The translations under genes and the position numbers were made by a program. Under the pieces are notes generated by a model. The model was not told the DNA's origin. It did no database searches and was given only the letters and a program-made list of their open reading frames with translations. A stretch of DNA of 64,000 nt, from IMG/VR virus record IMGVR_UViG_3300006133_000325. One strand, given 5' to 3'. The DNA comes from a virus. Lineage: Duplodnaviria > Caudoviricetes. Positions 58,061-64,000 of this stretch are shown piece by piece (position 1 is the first letter of the stretch; each line of letters starts with the position of its first letter).

Positions 58061-58119
58061 TGCTGCTACCTCATTCTTTGTTGTCATAGTTTTATTCTCT
58101 TTTTCTTTTATTTGATTTT

Positions 58120-58485
58120 CTAAATACAACCGCCACAACTTCCATGTCGCCAATCAGAAGCGTTGATTGCATAGAAAATATCAGATTGTGTGTTGCGGTC
58201 TGTTGAAATGGTGTCAAGCCAGTATTTATTCTCTTTTATCCATTCCTCGCATTCTAAACCGTCATGATAACTTTCCCATTCAACTTCCCAATCGGCTCCC
58301 AAACGCCACTTTTGATAACCTCCATAGGTGTTCATTTCTGATTTTCTCAATTCCTCTGGAATTTTGTCAGAAACATCTTTTCCGTCAACTATCAAAATCC
58401 ATTCTCCCGAACACAAATTTGGATAAGAACCACTCCATTTTGCCTCAACCATTTTTTGCACTCCTTCCTTTAAGCTATTCCACAA
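58120..58485 (-). CDS. Hypothetical phage protein (C-terminal CGGCI)
   Basis: YPNLCSG...SCGGCI. Confidence 0.7.
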   Translation of the reverse strand: MWNSLKEGVQKMVEAKWSGSYPNLCSGEWILIVDGKDVSDKIPEELRKSEMNTYGGYQKWRLGADWEVEWESYHDGLECEEWIKENKYWLDTISTDRNTQSDIFYAINASDWRHGSCGGCI

Positions 58486-58503
58486 GGGAACTAATTTTTG
58501 CTT

Positions 58504-59382
58504 TTAATCTCCTTCTCCTATATACACTAATTGTTCAATATATTTCCTTCCTTCTCCTTTGAAAATTGGTATTTCCTTATCAATAATCCACTGGCTTCTC
58601 AATACGCCAGATTCTACCTCATTATTTTCATAAGATGTAGTGCATCCTTCAGGAGATTCAGTAAAGTTTCTATTATCATTTCTCGCAAAATATTTTTCTC
58701 TGACTACTCCACTACCATGTTTTTGATACGTAGGAAAACCATTCCAGTTAATTTCTTTTTGTTTCATAAGCATATCTTTAATATCATTACATGATTTTTC
58801 CTGTAGTTCTTTATGGCTAAAATTAGCTTGTCCAACCACCTGAATACTATTTCTGGTAGCATCAAGTTGTCTCCAATAAAAGTAGTTTGCCACTTCTTCT
58901 TTTGGAATGTTGAACACTCTGGCATCAAACATAGCTTTTCCAAGAACATTGAGATAAACTTCGTAAAACTTTGTATGTTCTTTTAATACTTCATTCTGAA
59001 TATTTTTAAAAAAGAAACGATTAAAAGCCATTGTCGCCATACTTGCGGAAACAGAACACATCTTCTGTACTTCATAGTCAAACCATGCCGAACTTTCTAA
59101 TCTTTTATAATCTATCAATAACAACGATATCTCATCCGATTGTGTATATGCAAACATACATCCCATAATATTTTCACAAAGATATTTTGATGTCTCTTGC
59201 ATCGTCTTAATCAAAAGTTCGTCGAATGGTCGATCAAATCCTCTTGTATAAGTATGAAATGCCTTCCCATCAATCCTAATGACTACAGGACAACGCCTCA
59301 TCAGTCTTGTTTTAGGAATCGTCTCATAGAACTCCTTCATCCGATTCGATAAATCATCCCTTAAAATCTTTTTTTTACTCAT
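58504..59382 (-). CDS. tRNA(His) guanylyltransferase Thg1-like protein
   Basis: VIRIDGKAFHTYT, YTQSDEISLL, AMFDARVF, YFYWRQLDATRNSI. Confidence 0.95.
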   Translation of the reverse strand: MSKKKILRDDLSNRMKEFYETIPKTRLMRRCPVVIRIDGKAFHTYTRGFDRPFDELLIKTMQETSKYLCENIMGCMFAYTQSDEISLLLIDYKRLESSAWFDYEVQKMCSVSASMATMAFNRFFFKNIQNEVLKEHTKFYEVYLNVLGKAMFDARVFNIPKEEVANYFYWRQLDATRNSIQVVGQANFSHKELQEKSCNDIKDMLMKQKEINWNGFPTYQKHGSGVVREKYFARNDNRNFTESPEGCTTSYENNEVESGVLRSQWIIDKEIPIFKGEGRKYIEQLVYIGEGD

Positions 59383-59557
59383 ACTTTTCTCCTTTTATTT
59401 TTCGCAATCAACTCATCAATCTTTATTTTAGCATAATGAATATTAGTATCTTCTATCCTTTTCACTAGGAATCTATTATTGTCATAAATATACAGATTAT
59501 CTTTTGTTCTTTGAATGAAATATCCTCTATATTCTTCTTCATATCGCTTCATGTTAC

Positions 59558-60985
59558 TTATGCACTTTCTCTTGTTTCATTATTCATAAACTTATCCAAA
59601 TCTGCTTTCATATGTAAAAAATTCTGCTTTTGATCGAACGAGTACATATTGGTTCTTTTAAAGTAATCTACAATCCAATCATCCAAATCGATCTCCTTAT
59701 CAAAGGAATATGCAACCATGGCAATTAAAGAAGGATGATTTCTCTTATGTAGCAGCTTTGAAGTATTATCAACATTTAAAGTCAGTACTTCAAAAACCTC
59801 TTCGTATTGCTCTAAATCATCTTTAGTTACGCCTTTGTCTACAACTTCCTGAATAAACTCTAATTCGTTGATATCTTCTGTATCTTCCTTTTTGATATGA
59901 AAAAACTCATGCAAAAGCTCCTCTAATAAAGCCAGCTTCTGAGAAACAACAGATTTATCTTTGGTCGAACGGCTTCCGTTTATTTCCAAAAACTTCTTTC
60001 CGTTTTCTGTGCCAAATAATTTACCATTTTTAAAGGCATATAAAAATTCTAAGAATCTCTCCTCCGCCAATTCAAGTGCGGTAAATTTATCATAGACAGT
60101 AAACCAAATAAAAGAATCTTTGCTTGTAAAAAGTTTCTGCAATTCTTCATCTTCGCCTACAATTTTTTCAAGTTTAACCAAATTTTGTTCTAATTTATCA
60201 AATTCTTTTTTAGAGGAATTTTTATTTAAAAAAGCCCCCATTTTTTTGCTTTGTTTATTCCACTTATCAAAGTGAAACATACACATTACAGATTCTATGA
60301 TGATTCTCTCTATTGTTCCATTATTCCGTTCCTTTGCACTATATGTTCCGCAATCCTTAAAAAAGCGATTATGGAGAGAAATTCTTTTCACTTCCTTTGC
60401 CATATTATCCATATATGTCACGGCACTTTGAGACATGTTCATAGATTTTTGCTTATTATATCTTCTGATATGGTATCCAATTTCTTCATCGGTACAATCT
60501 AAGTGTTTGACAATATCAATTTTGAAATTATCAAATTTCTCTTTCAATTCAGGTGGCAAATCTGAATATCCCTTTCCACGCAAATCATACTCTACATTTT
60601 CATATTTGTATTCCCCATATTTATCCTTAGTAATATTTCCGTCCGAATCTCTTATAGTTTTTTGATATACAATAATTGGAAATTCGATATTACTTCCAAC
60701 TTTAAAAACTCCATTCTTATATTCGTTTAATGTAGATACTCTTTGCACTCCATCAATTAGCCACAATACAACGCCGCCATCCCGAAGCTGCTCACATAAT
60801 TTAATCGAATCAATATCTTCACCTTTAATTACACTGGCAATCAAACCATCCTTATCTGTTTTTGTCCACTGATCTGGTTTTCTTTGTAAAGGATGATCTT
60901 TTCTCAGTTCACCTCTGTCAAACATTTTCTGAATTGTATCATTCATATAAGCATCTTTTATCCGCTTATCCCTTACTAAACACAT
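59558..60985 (-). CDS. DUF262 (ParB/Srx-like) domain protein
   Basis: HPLQR...QW...LIASV...WLIDGVQRVSTL...RRYN. Confidence 0.75.
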   Translation of the reverse strand: MCLVRDKRIKDAYMNDTIQKMFDRGELRKDHPLQRKPDQWTKTDKDGLIASVIKGEDIDSIKLCEQLRDGGVVLWLIDGVQRVSTLNEYKNGVFKVGSNIEFPIIVYQKTIRDSDGNITKDKYGEYKYENVEYDLRGKGYSDLPPELKEKFDNFKIDIVKHLDCTDEEIGYHIRRYNKQKSMNMSQSAVTYMDNMAKEVKRISLHNRFFKDCGTYSAKERNNGTIERIIIESVMCMFHFDKWNKQSKKMGAFLNKNSSKKEFDKLEQNLVKLEKIVGEDEELQKLFTSKDSFIWFTVYDKFTALELAEERFLEFLYAFKNGKLFGTENGKKFLEINGSRSTKDKSVVSQKLALLEELLHEFFHIKKEDTEDINELEFIQEVVDKGVTKDDLEQYEEVFEVLTLNVDNTSKLLHKRNHPSLIAMVAYSFDKEIDLDDWIVDYFKRTNMYSFDQKQNFLHMKADLDKFMNNETRESA

Positions 60986-61004
60986 ATTTTATTACCATCC
61001 TTTC

Positions 61005-61556
61005 CTAAAATAATAATGAGATATTTTCATATGCGTGAATTCCTATCATAATATCTTGATATTCCCTCTCGCTTATGTGTAGCATTTCCTGAATTTCCCC
61101 TGCTCGAAAAGAAGCTGCCAAAAGTTCTACAACTTTTCTCTCTTTCTTTGATAATGAATCAAGATAATATTCTATTTTACTACTTCTTTCATCCTCCCAT
61201 CCTAACACCTCTCTTTCCACATTAAAGTCACTTGCTATAATGTCTGCCAATGTGACACTTCCATCTCCAATAGGAGAATCAATAGGAACTGATATTCGAT
61301 CTATTTTTCTTTTTTCTCGATTCCTTCTTGTTACTTCACTCTTAATTTTATTAGACAAGCAACTATACAAAAATGGATCAAACGGTTTTTTATCATCATA
61401 TCTTTGCATAACATCAACAAATACTTCATTAGCTAAAGAATAAAAATCATCTACATCTTTATTTGCCAGCCCCCCAAAATGCAAAAGAATTTTATCTACT
61501 ACCAAGTGCAATCTTTTTGCATTATTTTCATAATATGAATTTAAAATCTGTTCCAT
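61005..61556 (-). CDS. Sigma-70-like phage transcription factor
   Basis: DDFYSLANEVF...RYD...FDPFLYSCLSNKI (region 2), SVPIDSPI, LSKKERKVVELL...HTH (region 4). Confidence 0.75.
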   Translation of the reverse strand: MEQILNSYYENNAKRLHLVVDKILLHFGGLANKDVDDFYSLANEVFVDVMQRYDDKKPFDPFLYSCLSNKIKSEVTRRNREKRKIDRISVPIDSPIGDGSVTLADIIASDFNVEREVLGWEDERSSKIEYYLDSLSKKERKVVELLAASFRAGEIQEMLHISEREYQDIMIGIHAYENISLLF

Positions 61557-61596
61557 TTTCTCTTCCTCCCATTGGAATATTTACTTAATATTTTTT

Positions 61597-61764
61597 CTAT
61601 TTCTTAGTAAAATCCTCATCAAATATTCTTTTGAAATCAAGCCTATTTATATACTTTCTTTCATGGCACCTAGGACACTCATTATACTTGTTACTCTTTA
61701 TACCTCCTCTTTTTTCATACCTTGTACCACTTTTCATTTTTATGCCACATCTTTTACATAACAT
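61597..61764 (-). CDS. Small zinc-ribbon protein (55 aa)
   Basis: MLCKRCG...ECPRCH. Confidence 0.6.
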   Translation of the reverse strand: MLCKRCGIKMKSGTRYEKRGGIKSNKYNECPRCHERKYINRLDFKRIFDEDFTKK

Positions 61765-62377
61765 CCTCGCTTTCCTCCTCTACAATCCTATACGTATATT
61801 TTCTCTTAAAGAGTCCATCTATGGCTCTCTTAATCATTTCTCTATCCAAATATGATACATCTACATTTCCCAATACATTTCTTATAATCATTATTTCATC
61901 CTTTGCTTCCCTTCTTTTTTTCCTATTTTCTCTAATTCTATTATATATTTTCCAAGCATCATACAGCCCTTTTGCAGATTCTAGCTCTATCTTATGTAGT
62001 ATATCAACCAGTTCTGTATCTGTATCTTCTAAAACTTTTATTAGATACTCTGAACGCTGTTTTGCCTCTTTAAAGATATCTGAGCATGTGCCAAACTTAT
62101 CAATCCATATTGAAATATCCTTAGATAATTCATATTCTTCCGCTTTTATTATTTTCTTTTGAATATTTTCTTTTTTTGTCTGAACCATTTGCACATTTTC
62201 CGGAAGTGGATATATTTTAAAATTAAGCCTCTTTAATGTTTTGGGTAGGCTATTTAAAATATGCTTTGCCTTTTCTTCTGAAAATATCCCTTTTTTCTTC
62301 TCCGAACATGTCTCCACTCTACCATTTTTAGTAAGCATAATATATAACTTTTTATGATTCTTAATAACATATTCCAT
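61754..62377 (-). CDS. Hypothetical coiled-coil phage protein
   Basis: DILHKIEL...RKKRREAKDE...YTYR. Confidence 0.7.
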   Translation of the reverse strand: MEYVIKNHKKLYIMLTKNGRVETCSEKKKGIFSEEKAKHILNSLPKTLKRLNFKIYPLPENVQMVQTKKENIQKKIIKAEEYELSKDISIWIDKFGTCSDIFKEAKQRSEYLIKVLEDTDTELVDILHKIELESAKGLYDAWKIYNRIRENRKKRREAKDEIMIIRNVLGNVDVSYLDREMIKRAIDGLFKRKYTYRIVEEESEDVM

Positions 62378-62669
62378 ATGATTTCATATCCTTTCTTTAA
62401 AAGATGAGTATAAGAAATACACATTCATATCACATAAAAAATGAATACTCTAAAATAGCTTTAAAAATGTATTTTATAAAGCCACTGTCTTTATATTTTA
62501 TTTTATAAGTGAAAAATTTGACGAAACGTCTGAAAAACTGTTTGACAATGATATGTAAATATGTTTTAATATCAATAGACGGTTCGCCGTTGTTCTGCTA
62601 AAGCCTGTCCAACCAGAGGTGTTCCAGCACCGTTTGTATGGTTCGGATAGGTTTTTTCTTGTAAGGTAC

Positions 62670-62720
62670 ATTATAAAACATACGTTTGTTTTTGTCAATA
62701 CTTTTTCAAAACATCCGTTT
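62670..62720 (-). promoter_or_regulatory. Consensus sigma-A promoter overlapped by LexA/SOS-like boxes
   Basis: Minus strand TTGACA(62698-62693)-17-TATAAT(62675-62670); AAAC-N4-GTTT at 62676-62687 and 62709-62720. Confidence 0.7.
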
Positions 62721-62746
62721 GATTATTTTTTGTCCTTTTTTATCTA

Positions 62747-62935
62747 TTAAAAAAATTCCCTCATAAAATCATCATTTAACGCTGTTACTGTCTTGATATC
62801 TTGAAATATATTGTAATCTTCTTCCCGGTATTTAGGCGCGAACATAATATCGCTATCTTCGTTTTCTTTTTCCAAATATTGTACGAAAATCAATACATTA
62901 GTACGTCTACTACAATATTCCTTTTCCTCTTCCAA
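62747..62935 (-). CDS. Hypothetical protein
   Basis: ORF track; start uncertain. Confidence 0.4.
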   Translation of the reverse strand: MEEEKEYCSRRTNVLIFVQYLEKENEDSDIMFAPKYREEDYNIFQDIKTVTALNDDFMREFF

Positions 62936-62971
62936 TGTCGTTTTTACATATCACATAATATTCTCATCTCC

Positions 62972-63209
62972 TTAATCTTCAAAATTTGCTTCATAAACGC
63001 GACAAATAGCGTCTCTTTGTCTTGTTAGAGTATGTGTCGGCTGATTTAAGTTTTTTAATTTCGTAGAAAATGGCATTACAATAGTTGTGGAACTGTGCAG
63101 ATTTCCAACATTATTTTGTATTACTAAAACAGGACGTACTCCTCCTTGTTCTGATCCTATCGCTCCATTTAAATTTGCTTCTACTACATCATATTTTTTT
63201 TATATCCAT
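62972..63209 (-). pseudogene. MazF/PemK-family toxin remnant
   Basis: YDVVEANLNGAIGSEQGGVRPVLVIQNNVGN...TTIVMPFST...PTH; +1 frameshift in an A8 run after MDI; internal deletion. Confidence 0.85.
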
Positions 63210-63260
63210 ATATACATCCTTCTCTCTCGTAACCTCTTTCTGTTTCGTATTATATCACGC

Positions 63261-63320
63261 ACAATAAATATTGTTAACAATATTTATTGTACAAAATATT
63301 TATTGCAAAAAATATTTATT
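63261..63320. promoter_or_regulatory. Operator array between divergent genes
   Basis: Perfect 30-bp palindrome 63261-63290 and AATATTTATT repeated at 16-bp spacing. Confidence 0.65.
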
Positions 63321-63344
63321 TCTGATAATATGTAATCATCACAC

Positions 63345-63611
63345 GTGAAAGGAAGGAATCTTATGCAAGTAATGTTACGTGAACTTCTTGATAAGAACGA
63401 AAAATCCATATATTGGCTCAGTAAGGAAACTGGTATAACTCAAGCTGCTTTGTCTAATCTTTGCAATAATAAAACTAACCGGATTGATTTTTCTGTATTA
63501 GACAAGATTTGTATTGCACTTGATTGCAAACCTAATGATATTCTAATTCCTAAACATCAAATGGCTTTACTAACGTCAGAGCCTAATAATCAAGACGATA
63601 CTTCCAAATAA
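63345..63611 (+). CDS. Cro/CI-type HTH repressor (HTH_26)
   Basis: SIYWLSKETGITQAALSNLCNNKT...LDKICIALDCKPNDIL; likely start MQVML at 63363. Confidence 0.9.
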   Translation: MKGRNLMQVMLRELLDKNEKSIYWLSKETGITQAALSNLCNNKTNRIDFSVLDKICIALDCKPNDILIPKHQMALLTSEPNNQDDTSK

Positions 63612-63624
63612 AGTATCGTCTTGA
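63590..63624. terminator. Hairpin between convergent repressor and antirepressor genes
   Basis: TCAAGACGATACTT...AAGTATCGTCTTGA perfect stem. Confidence 0.7.
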
Positions 63625-63662
63625 AACAGTCCTTTTATCAAAATACAATTACATTATGTAAG

Positions 63663-63998
63663 TCATCTTACATCTGGAGAGATATCATAATATCCATTTT
63701 TCCTAAGCAATTTACGAATATAATCTAATCCAATCTTAGTTCCGTAGGTAAGGCTTCTAATTTTGCCATCATGACATGTTGTTTCTTTAACCGCAAACTT
63801 TCCCTCTTTCCGGAAGCGTTCATACGGAACATTTACCATATCTTTATCATAAAATAATACCCTCTTGTCTCTAAGAAAAGCAAATAATTTATATTCACCA
63901 ATACCAAGCTCCTTGGTCATTGTATTAATACTCATCAGCCCTTCCGTGTTCATTAGATCGTCGTAAAATTGCTTTAACTCTCTATTCTGCCGGTTCAA
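63663..63998 (-). CDS. Phage antirepressor, KilAC/ANT C-terminal domain (5' end outside the window)
   Basis: FYDDLMNTEGLMSI...KELGIGEYKLFAFLR...NVPY...KFAVKE...TYGTKIGLDYI. Confidence 0.85.
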   Translation of the reverse strand: MNRQNRELKQFYDDLMNTEGLMSINTMTKELGIGEYKLFAFLRDKRVLFYDKDMVNVPYERFRKEGKFAVKETTCHDGKIRSLTYGTKIGLDYIRKLLRKNGYYDISPDVR

Positions 63999-64000
63999 AT

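Overview
This window is 64 kb of a large temperate phage genome (SPbeta/c-st-like gene content) from an anaerobic Firmicute. A captured flgB fragment suggests a flagellated Lachnospiraceae-like host. Left to right: the 3' part of an endolysin (+), a tyrosine integrase, and an attP-type site whose core is the 3' half of tRNA-Trp, with arm repeats on both sides, followed by an excisionase. A long leftward-transcribed early/middle region follows. It holds nucleotide metabolism (dut, nrdDG, gmk, thyX), replication (DnaE split by a group I intron carrying a GIY-YIG homing endonuclease, primase-helicase, SSB, Sak4-like ATPase, nucleases) and a DNA methyltransferase cluster. It also holds a PspA/TerD/vWA/P-type ATPase stress module, RNA-repair enzymes (Pnkp-ligase fusion, Thg1), three radical SAM genes, a DUF262 protein, a sigma-like factor and the repressor/antirepressor region. 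A tnpB-less IS200/IS605-type element with a nested, inactivated IS110 lies upstream of dut, and many genes are decayed by deletions or frameshifts. The most unusual signals are: (i) four gene leaders that each carry a different pair of perfect palindromes in the same spacing; (ii) three tandem genes sharing an N-terminal FE(T/I)NSSSxH motif directly upstream of a radical SAM gene; (iii) a radical SAM/SPASM gene coupled to a Cys-rich peptide gene; (iv) a double-pseudoknotted candidate ncRNA upstream of the recombinase. All product calls come from motif recognition by eye; no database search was run.
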